Shown one piece after another: positions 36,591 through 50,548 of a stretch of DNA of 64,000 bases. This DNA is from Felis catus. Its lineage: Eukaryota. Under the pieces are notes generated by a model, which saw only the letters and a program-made list of their open reading frames with translations, searched no databases and was not told where the DNA came from. Numbering within the stretch: position 1 is the first letter of the stretch; the number at the start of each line of letters is the position of its first letter. A program made the position numbers and the translations under genes. The stretch is from assembly GCF_018350175.1 (NCBI RefSeq), contig NC_058368.1:60700001-60764000 (forward strand). Reading direction: 5' to 3'.

Positions 36591-36726
36591 TATTTTAAAA
36601 AATTAATAGTAATTGACTATTTCTATTTATACATAAAGACAAATTATTAACCCAAAGAATTACTGTTTATAAGGTAAATTCAAAACAACTTCATCTTTTT
36701 TGGCTAAAATAAAAATATCTCCTTAA

Positions 36727-37087
36727 TATATACATAGGACTGCAAGTATGAATCACTGGAAAACTATAAACACTTTTTGTTAGTGAGTCCTTAAATAGGA
36801 AATGTCTTACTGGGCCAGCTTAAAGTCAGATTTGTTTTAGGGGGAAAAAAAAGAAAAGAACCTTTCAAACATAAGTAATTTATAGACATCATGGTATTTA
36901 AGTAAATTATATACATAGGACTTCAATTGTGAATCATCAGAAAATTGTAAACACTTCTTATTACTGAGTCTTTAAACAGGGAATACGTTATTGGGACAGC
37001 TTAAAGTAAGATTCGTTTTAGGGAAAAAAAAAGGAAAGAACCTTTCAAGTGTATGTTATTTACAGAGATCATGGTATTTGATTAAAT
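36727..37087 (+). repeat. Diverged tandem duplication, two ~181-bp units
   Basis: tatatacataggact...catggtattt..taaat occurs at 36727-36907 and 36908-37087. Confidence 0.9.
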
Positions 37088-37305
37088 ATTAGTTTAATAA
37101 GAATTTATTTATATGCCAAAAATACTCTAATCACATTGGAAAATGGAAGTGATACAAAATGCAATAGTAAAAAAAATGAATAGTGTGAGGACAGAAAGGA
37201 AAAAATCCATCAGACTGTAGGATAAACAATAATTTGGAAATTGTTTGCATAGGATGTAAACCTGCTCCATGACAAGGAAGTATGAGTTAAACAGGCCTAA
37301 CGATT

Positions 37306-37543
37306 GGGGCGCTTGGGTGGCTCAGTCAGTTAAGCCTCTGACTTCGGCTCAGGTTATGGTCTCGCGCTCCGTGAGTTTGAGCCCCGCGTTGGGCTCTGTG
37401 CTGACAACTCAGAGCCTGGAGCCTGTTTCAGATTGTGTCTCCCTCTCTCTTCGACCCTCCCTCAGACCCTCCCTCATTCATGCTGTGTCTCTCTCTGTCT
37501 CAAAAATTAAAAAAAATATATATATATATTAAAAATAAATAAA
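37306..37543 (+). mobile_element. Can-SINE
   Basis: Consensus match; taaacaggcctaa flanks both sides. Confidence 0.95.
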
Positions 37544-38038
37544 TAAACAGGCCTAAAGAAGTATAGCAGGGACTCAATTTTGGTAGTTGGATGGTGTGAT
37601 CAAAACCACAGGAAAGAAGCCGACATGTTCTGTTGACAAAGGTACAACTTACACTGTCAAAGTGTTCACTGTCTAGTGAACTAGATTATTGTTATCTATT
37701 GTACCTACATATTGTTACTGGATTATAGTTAACTGTTATCAATTAAAAATCTGTTAAGTGGTATACTGAACATATGCAATAAAGAAACCAATCTAACAGA
37801 AGCAGATTCACTTACTAAATACACACGTATGGAGGATCTGCTATGCCCAGTCACTGCACTCATCTCTAAGAATAAATCGGTCAACATGAAAGGCAGTGCC
37901 TCTACTCTCAAAGAACTAATATCTAAAGTGATTGTTTTCACCAATTTTTTGACAAAAAATATGGTAGCCCTGACAAATCACGCTGCTCTGCTGGACTCAA
38001 GCAATAGCAGTTTAGAACAGTAATTAAGATGTGGTGTA

Positions 38039-38071
<33 letters not shown>

Positions 38072-39959
38072 CTAACCTTTAATTCTGGAGAATACATTGC
38101 AATGTCTTAAGGAATTCCAAGAGAAAAATGAAAGATTCCTGGCTGAAATAAATAAATAATAAGCCAACTCATGTTGTTGTAGTATGAACATGAATAGTGA
38201 AACTACCCTGACTCAAATTGGATTCAGATTCTACCATTCACAAACCCTGAAACCTTTCACAAATTACTTAGAAGTGTAGAGTTTTAGATTTAGACTAAGT
38301 ATCTGATGTACCAAAATTCAGCACTTTAAACAAAGAAGTGTTATAAAAGTTTCCTGTACATATTGTACAGAATCTTAGTACTTGATATGAAAACAAAAAT
38401 AGGTGAAGTAACTCTGTCTGAAGTGAAGAGAGAGGGTCCAATCCCTTGAATGCTAGACCCTTAATTTGGTTATCCTGAGTTGGCTCATGAGACACTTTCT
38501 AAAAAACCCACTGGAAACCTAAGGAGCAGAGTTGAAAAATTCCTCACCTAGTCCATCTTCATTTAGCAGGGAATATACTCCAGAGAATTTATTTCCATCC
38601 TCTTCTACAGTTAGTTGTGGCCTACTTGAAACTAAAATTTACCCCCCTAAACACCAGCTTATCAGATGTTCCACCACTGTGTAACTATTTGGAAGGAAAC
38701 AGCAATGTATTACTCAAAGGGAAAATAAAAATAAATATTATAATCCATTTTGTTAGAAGACTCAGAGGGTACACCGTTTTGTTAGATGTAAAAAAAAAAA
38801 AATCTCTTTTCCACTCTGATTTTATAGGATTCTGAGAAAGGGGAAATCAGAGGACAAATGTACAATTTGGAAAGGACATACTGCAATAATTGTAATAATA
38901 CTTCTCCATGATGTCTAGAGACAAATTTTACTAACTATACCATGACTTTCTCTCTCTCTCTCTTTTCCTAGATCTATTTGCACTTAAAAGTATTCATGTT
39001 ATGAGTAAAGATCAAAGTCATACTAATTTCTAAGGCTGTTAAATTTATTAATCAATTAAACTAATATTAACTGAATATGCAATGAAACCCTAGGTATACT
39101 AAAAATAAGCAATATAATATTCATACATGAAAAACTATAATCAGTATAATGATGCTAAGTTATTAACCAATGCTCACAGGGTTTACTTGAAAATTCTTTC
39201 AGTTCTTAAGAAATTTAAAAAGTTTTATAAGTAGTTACAATGAAATACAGTGTGGAGTTGTCACTTTACATATAATCTATTGAAACTTCTCCCATTTTCC
39301 ATTATCTAATTTAAAATGGAAATATGATAGCACCTTGCTTAGCCCATTAATCCCCAAATAATCTATCATAGCTTATAATAAATAAGCTATAACTTGGTTG
39401 TCAGTAAGCTGTACTAAATTGTCAAATTTAATATACCTGCGTTAAGTTCTGTTGGGGTTTTTTGGACTTGTGAAGAAAAATTTTATTCAATGCAAAATCT
39501 ATTGATACTTGGAAGATAAATATTGAAACATTTTTTATAGAAAGAGGCAGATGTAATAAGGGAAAGAAAAGGTGAAAAAAACAGTAAAAGAATGGAGAGA
39601 ATTAAAAGAAGATAAAAGAAAAAAAAACAAAGGGGAAGGAGACACTTAAATTTAAAAATTAAATAGGAAATATAAGGATATTTTCATTTATAAGAAAGCA
39701 CAGAGGATAAATTAAATGTATGAATAGTGCTATATTTATACATTAACTCATCAGTGATTTATTGAATATTTACCATGTCCCAGGAATTCTGAAGTTGTCA
39801 GGAATATAGACAGTGCCAACTAGGAGGCTGCAGTTTACTGGGGACACTGACAAGTCAATGGACATCATAGTACTGTGTTATGAATGTTTTAATAAAGAAA
39901 ATCCCAGCTGCATACACACACACATACATACATACATACATACATACATACATACAAAG

Positions 39960-40470
39960 GACATCCATATAGTTCTGGACATCCTTTTAGTTCTGCAGGT
40001 CAGAAGTGCCGTATGGGTCATCAAAATGTCCATAGGAATATGTTCCTTTCTGGAGGCTCCCAGAACAAAATCCACCACTTTGCTCAATTGTATGATTGTA
40101 AGAATTCAGTTCCTTGCTGCTATTGGAGTAAGGTTTCTATTTTCTCGCTGACTGTAAACTAAGGACATTCCCAGCTTCTAGAGGCTGCCACATTTCTTGG
40201 CTCCTATTCTCCTTTTCCCCTCAAACCTAGCAATAGCAGGTCTAGTCCTCACAGTGCATCTTTCTGAAATCACTCTTCTGCCTTTCTCTTCCACTTTTAG
40301 GGAATCATGATTAGATTGGGTCCACCCAGGCACTGCAGGAAAGTCTCCCTACCTCGATATCCTTATCCTTAATCACATCTGTAAGTCCTTTTGCCATGTT
40401 AAGTAACATATGTCTGGAGATCAGGGTTTGGATGTCTTCAGGGGTGAGGGAGCATTATTCCATCCACCGG
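39960..40470. mobile_element. MaLR (MLT1-type) LTR, within L2-like sequence
   Basis: gttcctttctggaggctcc...ccagcttctagaggctgccacatttcttggctc...gattagattgggtccacccag...aatcacatctgtaagtccttttgccatgt. Confidence 0.85.
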
Positions 40471-40501
40471 GGAAACAGTAGGTAAGATCCTTAACAAAAA
40501 C

Positions 40502-40506
<5 letters not shown>

Positions 40507-40554
<48 letters not shown>
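40507..40554 (+). repeat. (TA)n microsatellite
   Basis: Direct observation. Confidence 0.95.
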
Positions 40555-40560
<6 letters not shown>

Positions 40561-43159
40561 ATGTATATACCAAATTGTAAAGAACAAGTAAGATTTCCCC
40601 AGAGGAAGAAAAAATAGTTTATCAAGAACATTTCAGAGAGAGGTTTATGAGTCAGAAAAAGGAAATGGCAGTTTTGAAAAAATGTCTCAGTTTAGCAAGT
40701 TTAGATGTCATGAAAGGCTGAAGAGACTATCAGGAGAATGAAGTGTTTCCTAAGCCATGCCTCGGTGTTTGAGTTTTATTCTAAATGTAGTAGAAAACCA
40801 TGGAAGCACTTTAAGAAAAAAGTAGTATCATATGTTCATTTTATAAAAGTTACTGACAGTACCCTGAAAAGGAATTGCAGGAAAGGGTCAAAACTGGAGG
40901 AACAGAGAAAAGTTAGGAGGATAATTCAATAAATGGGAGGAGAAATGGCATCAGCTTTATCATAGGCAGTGACAGTGATGACCTTGAAGAGAGGATGGAG
41001 TCTAACAATATCCAGGAAATATAAGTAAGAGAATTTGACAATAAATTGGATATGGGGGATAAAGTTAATGGGGGAGAAAGAATGATTTCAAGACTTGTAG
41101 CTTTGGAAGCTCAGGCTGGGAGATGAAAGTGTCAACTCACGTTCCTTTAAATGTATGCCCAAGGAATTGTAGTAAGTAAGTCTGGAAAGGCTGATTTATT
41201 CTGTGATATACTGGGCTTGGCTGCCCTACACTGAAACTTCAGTTAGAACAAAAGCTTTGAAAACAACTATATCTTTATAAGATGTTGCTCAGTCCTTATA
41301 AAATCTATATCATTGCTAGTCCTCATTAATATCATATCATTTATCTATAATTCTAAATTGACATAAATCTAAATTTCTAACTGACATAGAAATTCAGGGC
41401 ATCAACAGTATAACATCCTTTAAGTTTTAAAGGAAGAGAGGATATATATCAAGGCATGAGAGTATCTTTGGTGTCTACGAAGCCTCACACTGTAAGAAAA
41501 GTACATGTTATAACGGAAACATTAGTTGGAAATCAGTTATAAAAAGACATCTTCCAGCTCTATCATTTCTAAAAGTATTTTAATAGAATAGCTACAGATT
41601 AGTCCATGAAAAAATTTCATGAACCCCCTACAAAATCATTCAGATGTTATTTTCATTTCTGTTACTAATTTCTGTAAAAATTACTAGGTATCCTTAGAGG
41701 ACCCCTGATTCCATGGCTTTGGGTAGAAAAAAGAAATAGGCTGATGTGAACTCTCTCATCATTAACTAACATTTAAAGTACATTCAAGATGTGTTGAAAC
41801 CATCTTAAAGGGTCTCTCACTGGCCAAGGTGTAATAATTAGATAATTAAATATTAAAAGTTGTCATGGTATTTTGGATCATTTGAATTTATAAAATTCTA
41901 TGAGTGCAAATAGAAAATTATATGAGGTACAGAATAATGTATATAGTTACACAAGATTAAAAAGATGACAGAATAGAATAGTTATAATTTTTTAATTATT
42001 TTTATATAGAGGGGTATTTTATCCTAAACTTGATTATAGAACATATATACATATGCATATATATATGCGTACATATATATTATACATTTCTTCTGAAAGT
42101 AGAAAAGTACAAACAGTGAAATGGTCAGAAAAAAATATCCTCAAGTACTGAAGAAATGTAGCAAATATAAGAAGGTTAGAAGTGAGTCTAAATACTACCA
42201 CTAGTGATCATACCAAAGGACTAATTATTAAAAAGACCAGCCACTATTTCAAAAACATAAATTACTCAAAGATTTCAAAGAATAGACTTATGTAGACATG
42301 ATCCTTTACTAAAAAATCTGAAAAAAACTAGTAAATTACAAATTTTGTAGAAATACAGTTAAGCTATATATGGGTTTCTAATCATAAAAGACAGACATGA
42401 AACACCATGATATAAAAAGTAAACCTTCATTACATTGGAAAAGAAAAGAGAGATAGACAGACACACACATACTCAGGATAATATCAAATGCTTTAATTTG
42501 AAACAATCTCCCCATATCTTGGGTCCCACCCAAGAGTCAACACTTCAGCAATCATAAATACATAACTTTTGTATGGTATTCTTTTTATCATGTTTTGAAA
42601 GAGAACTAGAGAACATGTAAAAATAATATATAGTATACTAAATGAAACTCTGGAATATGGGAAAAGTGGCAATGAAATGAAACAGTAAAGATGCAAACAA
42701 GTTTATGTTACAAGCACCTTGTAACTTTGAACTTTTATCTCTGTCTCCTTAAATCAGTGAGGCTGTGCTCTGTTCAGGATCTGTTTTCCTACATTGCAGT
42801 TTGGGAAGGGCCTCAAGGTCCTGCCCATGTTCTAATGTTCAAAAAGTGATGGTTGGGTAAGTCATGTTTTAGTTACTCTATCAAATCTAATGGCAGATTT
42901 CCTCCAATACAACTTTGCAAAGTAATCCAACATTTTCAGTACATAGGCTGTGCCCTCCAGAAGGAGGCTTTGCACTTCTCTAACTGGATTATGCTGTAAT
43001 CTAGTTTTATTACAGACCTTTTTTAAAAGGAGGCATCTTGTAAACGTGGATTTTGAGAATTTCATCGATGCATGAGGCAAGGTCCCAGATAAAGATCCCA
43101 ATTTTTTTCTTCAGCAAAAAAAAAATTATTTTATTTGTTCCTTTAGTTCCCTTTTCCCC

Positions 43160-44930
43160 ACTTTTGCATACTTAGAGACAACTCTCCATGGGTGTCCTTC
43201 ATGTACACACATAAGTTGAGCAGAGGCCAGAATGCCTTATTTCTAAAGTATCTTTTGAAGGATGTGTGTATAGCAAACAGCCTTGGAAGATAGAATATTT
43301 CCCTCCAGAGCAGACAACAGGTATGTTTACTGTCAATTATAAAAGATTTGAGTTCCTAAGAAAAAGTCTCCTCTCCTATAATTCACTCCACTGTGTGTGC
43401 AAAAATCACCTCTTCTTATATCACTCTTTAGAAATACAGGTTTACAGAACAGGTGCAATAAGAACTTGATACATTGACTGTAGCCATTGAAATGATTAAT
43501 TCCTTCATCTTTGTTCTAAAAGGGTGATATCTTCAGACAGCACTCATGAAATAGTAAGAGGCTAATGTTTAAACTTGCATATGGGGTAACACCCTTTACA
43601 GTTCTTGACGGTTTTGGCAATGGAGATGGGATGCTGACAAAGACATGATTTCCTGGAAGGGAAGAATGAGTCCTGGTGGGCCAGTGAAGAGAATTTGTGG
43701 AATGGGGAAGCAGATTCAAAGGCGGCTGCTAACCATCCTCTGGGCAAGTAGACTTTATCATTGCTATTGTAGTCAGCCTTAGGTCCTCCTGGGTAGGCAG
43801 GAATTTCCAATCCCTTCCAGGTAAGTTACAGAGACATGTGCTGATACTAAGCATGAAAATGTAAAATTTGCAACTGCTATGTGCAAAACCAGGTGAATCA
43901 CTGAAACTTTGGATAGTTCACTTGTGAAAGAGATGAGTGCATAATGCTAATTAAGGGACTATTGTATTCCCTGAACAACTTTACAGCCCACCTTCTCCTG
44001 TAGCATGTTGAGCCAACCTTATTCCTTTTGGAGACAGGTAATATTTCAGAGTTTCTTGCAGTGGTGGGTCCCGACTGTTCTAAGGCTGCTTTTGGCCCTA
44101 CTTGGGACAGTTTTCTGAGAAAGACAATTCCTAAGGAAACAAAAGATGACGCATTGACTAGTGTACGTGCTAAGGGCCTGAACTCTGATGTGACCAATTG
44201 CTATGGAGCTGCTGATCAAGTCCACACCTCACAGACTGTCACTGTTGCTGGCTGGATCTATCATCAAATCACACATGGAAACATTCACTTTAACAGACTG
44301 GGCACAAATAAAGGACTCTATTGTTCTGATGTGGAGTATACAGCTCCATGCTGAATTTATGGCTGTTATCAGAAGTTGACCCATTTGTAGGCAGTGAGAG
44401 GGGCACAATCCTGTGAGACAATTGCCCAAGACTGCTGCAAAGAAATTAAGTAAATCAGACTTCCCTCCCACTCTCAGGGTGAAATTATTCTACTGGGATA
44501 GAGCACACTGATTTTGTGGTATTGCGTGGGAGAACAACCCTAATCCCTGGGGGGTATGAGGGAGAGAAAGGAACTATATAGATATAGATATACATGTCTA
44601 AAGATATATTTTTTCTATTGTAATATGTCTCCAAAGTCTCCCCTGAAAACCTTCCTGTAGTGGGGCTCTCACACACAGAGTTACCATTCTCCTCCAGGTG
44701 GCTCCAACCATGATTTAATAATCACCATTTCTCTTATTATCAAAATTCTGTCAGAAAAAGCTGAGAATGTGCCCAGCTTCTGCACCTTTCAGAAAAACAA
44801 ACAAACATACAAACACCTGTATACACCTGCATATGTCTCTCATTCATTCTCTATAGCTCAGTGACCCCCTGGCCAACATGCATCTTATTTGGGGACCCCC
44901 AACAATTGTGACCAATTTTTTTTTATCCAG
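43160..44930. mobile_element. Degenerate LTR-retroelement sequence (LTR-like 43160-43520; ERVL/MaLR internal-like 43530-44930)
   Basis: GC content rises, and minus-strand peptides (VNVS...DSL*G..IAIG; NCLTGLCP) loosely resemble ERVL pol RT/RNase H linker. Not firmly assigned. Confidence 0.4.
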
Positions 44931-46325
44931 GGGGGACACGTTGGTACTACTGTCAACTTCTACTACTGACTGACGTAGGCTACAAGTGAGACACAAACAC
45001 AGTTTTAAATATTTCAGTTGGAAAATTCAGAAACCAAGAGTCATCAACATCTCCCCCTGAAAAATCCAAGTTCTAGCAATTTAAAATTATTTATGACTTT
45101 AGTTCAGCCCCTCATGTTTCCAAGCTTGATTTAGTGCAGTCACTATATAACCATCATCCATGCTTCGAGTCTTGTTTCCTGAGTCTGGTTTCTGTTCTTT
45201 AAAAAGAAAATAATCTTCCTACCATGAATAATCACATGACTTTTTGCTTAATATTCATCAAGAAATCAAACACCACTGAGAATAAAGGGCAAAATTCCCA
45301 GCACGGCCTGCAATGTCCTTCGTGACCTGTCATTGGTTTCATCCAGAATTGCCCTTCCTATTCCCCATACCTTCTCCATATACTTAAGTACAAGTATATA
45401 CACTTGAACTTTGCACATGTTCTTGCAGCTCCCTTTATACATCATGCTTCCTCCTCTTCTAGTGTTCTCTTCTTTCTGCCTACAGTTTTGTTCATTGCAT
45501 AATCCATAATTATGGATCTTTAATATTAATTTTTTAATAGTAAAAATCCTTGCATCCTCAATGTCTCGTTTCTTTTCTGATTTAAATTCTTCTCAGGAAT
45601 TTCATCAGTTGCTCACCAATGTGTTTTCACAGCACCCATACATGACTTTAAAATAGTGCTGTGTCTCGCTTTGATATTATTCTACTTATTTGTCTTATCT
45701 TCAAATACACAATAAGCTCTTTGGTCTGAAGCTACCTCAGCAAAACACCAGTCAACAAATTCCAAACTCAATGTAAATATTCAATAAATGTTCACTGGAT
45801 GAATTAACACATGATTGCACTCCACAATAGTATTTCAATTATTAAATTTTATATGGCGATATGGTCAATTGAAAAGAAAGTGGAAATAAAAAATAGTATC
45901 AAAATAGTCCTTTTGGATGAAGATAATTTAGCTTTTATTCTATTTTATACTATTGATTTAATATTTTTATGCAGAAATTTACTTGTTAAAGCATAACCCT
46001 AACCTTTTATGAGCATATGAATAATGAATACTCCTTTTACACACAATTAGCAATTGGGTTTTCAGATTAGTTATTTGTCACATTGAAAAGAGCACAGTTC
46101 TCCGATTAAAGGATGCTAAGCAGATAAGAATTAATGTTGAGCAGATCTTCACGAGACATTAGAGATTCAGTGGGTTGTCCTGGAAACATGAGAGCAACAT
46201 AAAGTGAAAGAGAAAGGAAACAAATGAGAGATTAAAACACAGATGATAGGAAACTGTCTACTCTTCCATGTCACTTAGTTCTGCTCTGTGTTCTAGTGCT
46301 TCAGAGAAGCATTACAGTTAACACA

Positions 46326-47086
46326 ATGGAGACACTTAGGCTGCTTTTATATTTTGGCTATTGTGACTAAAGCTGCAATAAACACAGGAGTGTAGCTATC
46401 TCTTCAAGGTCCCGATTTCTTTGGATATATACCCAGAGGTGCAATTGCTGGATTGTATGAATGAATGGATAAGAACATGTGGTCTGTGTACATGTATGTG
46501 TGTGTGTGTGTGTGTGTGTATAATAATATAATGTTATATAATAATACATATATAATATATGATACATAATAATGGATGAGAATGATGAGAAAGAAGGAAA
46601 TCTTGCAATCTGCAATAACATGGGCATTATGCTAAGTGATATGTCAAAAAGGAAAGACAAATACAGTATCATATCACTGATACATGGAATCTAAAATAGC
46701 TGAACTTAAATTTATAGAACAGTGGTTACCAGGGACTGGGGAGGGACAGGGGGAATAGGGAGATGTTGGTGAAGTTATAAGGTTGTAAGATAAATAAGTT
46801 CTGGGGACCTAATGAACAGCATGGTGGTTATAATTAACAATACTGCATTATATACATGGAAGATGCTAAGGGAGTAAATCTTAAATGTTCTCACTGCAAA
46901 AACAAAAACAAAAAACAAAAACCAGAAATGGTAATTATGTGATATGTTAGAGGCATTTGTTAATGGTACAATGGAAATCATTTCATAATACATAGGTGAA
47001 TCAAATGAATACATTGTCTACCTTAAACTTACACAATGTTGTATGTCAATTATATCTCAATAAAACTGGGAAAAAATAAAAAAAAC
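46326..47086 (+). mobile_element. Short twin-primed L1 3' end
   Basis: 46326-~46459 is antisense L1; 46460-47086 is sense 3'UTR ending caataaaactgggaaaaaataaaaaaa. Confidence 0.85.
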
Positions 47087-47288
47087 AGGAAACTAAAACA
47101 AAACAAGAAGTAATAGAGAGTGGAAGTGCTGTAGCATCTTCTAACTGTGAGGAAGAAAGTCAACCTAATGAGGTGAATGGGTTGGAGTCTGGGAAAGAGC
47201 TTGTAGGAAGAAGGTAGAAATGGGAACATTTTAAAAGCATGTCAAACATGTAGATAAAGAAAAAAATCTTTTTTAAAATTTAAATTTA

Positions 47289-47507
47289 GGGGCGCCTGGG
47301 GGGCGCAGTCGGTTAAGCGTCCGACTTCAGCCAGGTCACGATCTCGCGGTCTGGGAGTTCGAGCCCCGCATCAGGCTCTGGGCTGATGGCTCAGAGCCTG
47401 GAGCCTGCTTCCGATTCTGTGTCTCCCTCTCTCTCTGCCCCTCCCCCGTTCATGCTCTGTCTCTCTCTGTCCCAAAAATAAATAAAAACGTTGAAAAAAA
47501 TTTTTTT
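47289..47507 (+). mobile_element. Can-SINE, young feline type
   Basis: Near-consensus; TSD aaatttaaattta. Confidence 0.96.
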
Positions 47508-49102
47508 TTAAATTTAAATTTATGTACAATTTGCTTTTAATAACTTAATTTTAATTTATGAATTCACATGCTGTTAAAATACTGAGTAGTAATATTAATG
47601 GGATAGTTCTGGAAAAAATAAAGTGAATATATCTCTATGTGCAAGTGGTAAAATTTCCTCCGAAAATGTAAAAGGAAATAAAAAGTATTTCCTTGTTTGA
47701 CCATTTTACTTACTTTTATGACTCATCCCTCTGTTTTGCTCTATTTTTTACATTAAAACAATTTTTATTTTTCCTCAGTAATCTGTGACGATCGGCTGAA
47801 TACGAAGGCTTTTATTTTTGCTGCAGTGCATTCCATAAAACTAACAATTAACACAGTATATTTGAAGTTTTTATGATCAGTTTTCTCTAATAATTCTCTT
47901 ATTACAATCATAATTTAAAAATTATGCCAGAAATACAGCCAGTTGTTAAAAAGCTATATATATTAATTCAGCCTCACTCTTTACCAGTGGTTCTAGACTC
48001 TGTCACTATCAATGCTTATAAGTTATAAAACATCCCTTTTAAATTCTAGTTCCAAAAATATTAGACTAAAATGTCTTTCTCAAAGGTAATCCTGGTGAGC
48101 ACTACCAAATAGCAACTTCAAAGAGGAATCTCCTCTCTTCCCCCTCTGCTGCTGTCCTGGTTGCCTCCATTGTTGTGTAAAACCAACCATTCTGAAAGAG
48201 TGAAATTCCCTTCTATTATTTACATTTCATCGTTTTCTCTTTCATTTACTAGTCAAAGGATAGGCACCTATGACCTCCCCAGATTTGTTGTCTAGAGTTT
48301 TCACCTCTAACTTCCTCAAAACTTTCCACTTGGTCATTTTCTCAACAGGGCACAGAATTAAAGGAGACTGCGTAACACATCATAGATGTAGATACACTGA
48401 TACCACCCCCCACAAAACAAACAAACAAACAAAAACAAAAAACAAAAACAACCAATCCAACAACAATAAAAACAAATAATGTAAGTGAATTCAATGTACA
48501 ATATAGATTACAATATAGATACATGAATAAATCTATATTCCGATTTCTCGTAACTATCATTCAATGATCCATTCAACAAATATTTATCAAACGTTTATCA
48601 TGTGTCTGGCACTGCACTACAGATACTGTGATGGGCCCATGAGGATGCCAAGAGTGTGATGCACATCAGCACTGAGAACATGGATCAGTGAATAGGCAAC
48701 GACAGCTCACAGAAGAGACAATAAGCTCAAGCATCAGGAACGACTGAAACAGTTGAGTCTTAGATTATGAGGATTTGGTGACAACATGGAACAAGAAGAA
48801 AGAGACCAGTATTTTAACCAGAGAGATGACTGAGAGTCTAAAAAAGAGGGGGAAGCAAGTAATCACAGATCAATTGTGTATGGCTTATTCCGAAACAGTG
48901 AGAAAAATGGCAAGTCTGGCTAGGCTAGATTTATATAGTAAGGAATTGACAGGCCTCCTTGAAGCATTTGGGCTTCATTTTAAATTTAGTGTGAATCTAG
49001 GTGGTGGTGGCTGACAATTTATATTTTGGAGAATTCACCTGGGTCACTTTCAGGGAAATGATTGAAGACTATCCCTTATCCAAGTTAGAATTATCAGCAG
49101 TT

Positions 49103-49310
49103 GGGGCACCTGGGTGGCTCAGTCAGTTGAGTGTCCAACCCTTGATTTCATTTCAGGTCATGATCTCTCAGTTTGTGGGTTCAAGCCCTGAGTTGGGCTC
49201 TGTGCTGACAATGTGGAGCCTGCCTGGTATTCTGTCTCTCCCTTCTCTCTGCCCCTTCCATGCTCCCTCTCACTTGCTCTCTCAAAATAAATAAATGTAT
49301 AAAATGAATA
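49103..49310 (+). mobile_element. Can-SINE
   Basis: ggggcacctgggtggctcagtcagttgag..., A-rich tail. Confidence 0.93.
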
Positions 49311-50548
49311 AATCAAATAATTATAAGTTGCACTATATATGTGAGAACAAGGACAGTAGGAAGCAATAGACAAGCTGAGAATATAAAAGATGGAGTAAAT
49401 AGGATTTAGTGATTGATAATGAAAGAGATATGAACGGCTAGGCTCTGATCTCACACTGGCAATTGAATTTATGGTGCTGCCAACCACTGGGAAAGAAAGC
49501 TTAGGTGAGGAGTTAAGTTTGCTAAGTAAACTACTGCACTCAATTTAAAACAAGACGATAGTTATTGGTATTTAGATTTTTCAGATTTCATTACCGATTC
49601 TGGCAACACTGTTGATCTAAAACATGTCATGTAACTTTTTCAAGATGTTGTTGTAGCACTTCAGAATGGAGAAGAGAAAAGCTCTAAAAGGCATGATATA
49701 AGTGGTGAGAATTTCTGGTTAATAAGACTTGGGAGATAGATTGGCCTACTTGGTAAATGAAATACTGCTAATTTTAATTCTACATGTGGTGTAGCCTATA
49801 AAAAATACAAAGTCAAAAAAGCACACCCAAAACCTCCAAGTATTTAAACCAGTTATAATTTCAACAGAGTCAAGTTACTAAAATGCCAATTTGGTGTTAG
49901 CTCTAAGTACATACTTAATTCTCGCATACATCTTTCATCTATTGGTTTTCGGATCGTACACAGAGAAAATAAAAATTAGTGAATTGACTGCCTTTGCCTC
50001 ATCCCAAAGAAGGAATAAAATTCTGAAAGTTTTATGTTTTCTACTGACATATGTTAGCAAAATCTATGATAGATTTTTCCATTGGAAATAGCACACTCAT
50101 ATTTTTAATGTTTTGTCTGTATATACGAAAAATATTTCCATACCACAAACATGTTTAATTGCTTGATAATTTTAACAAAAAAAGTAACCATATCCTTTAT
50201 ATATATAAACAAAAAATTTTTGCTAAAAACATTGAAAAATCTAGTAACTTTATTATAGCCAAATCCAACAATCAAGAGTACAAAATTAAAAATTAAGTCT
50301 GGCAAATGTGAATATTTTCTGAGTTTTCTAGTGCAAAATACACTGAAACTTTTTAAGTTTTCCCATTACTCTGCTGCGAGGAGATTAAAAATTCAATACT
50401 TAGACTCAAACCATTTCAGAAAGGGCTTCTAAACATCAGCATAGTGAAGAAAATGAGTGAGTACTGAAGCACACCTGTTGCTAAATCCTCAAGCAGTTCA
50501 AAGGTACCTTGCAGTATATGCTAGTCCTTCATTTAAAATAACTTCCTA

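Noticed and set aside
38040..38069. 30-nt poly(A) as the tail of a processed pseudogene
   Set aside because: No TSD and no recognisable mRNA upstream; the nearby ORF overlaps L2-like sequence. Probably a mononucleotide expansion.
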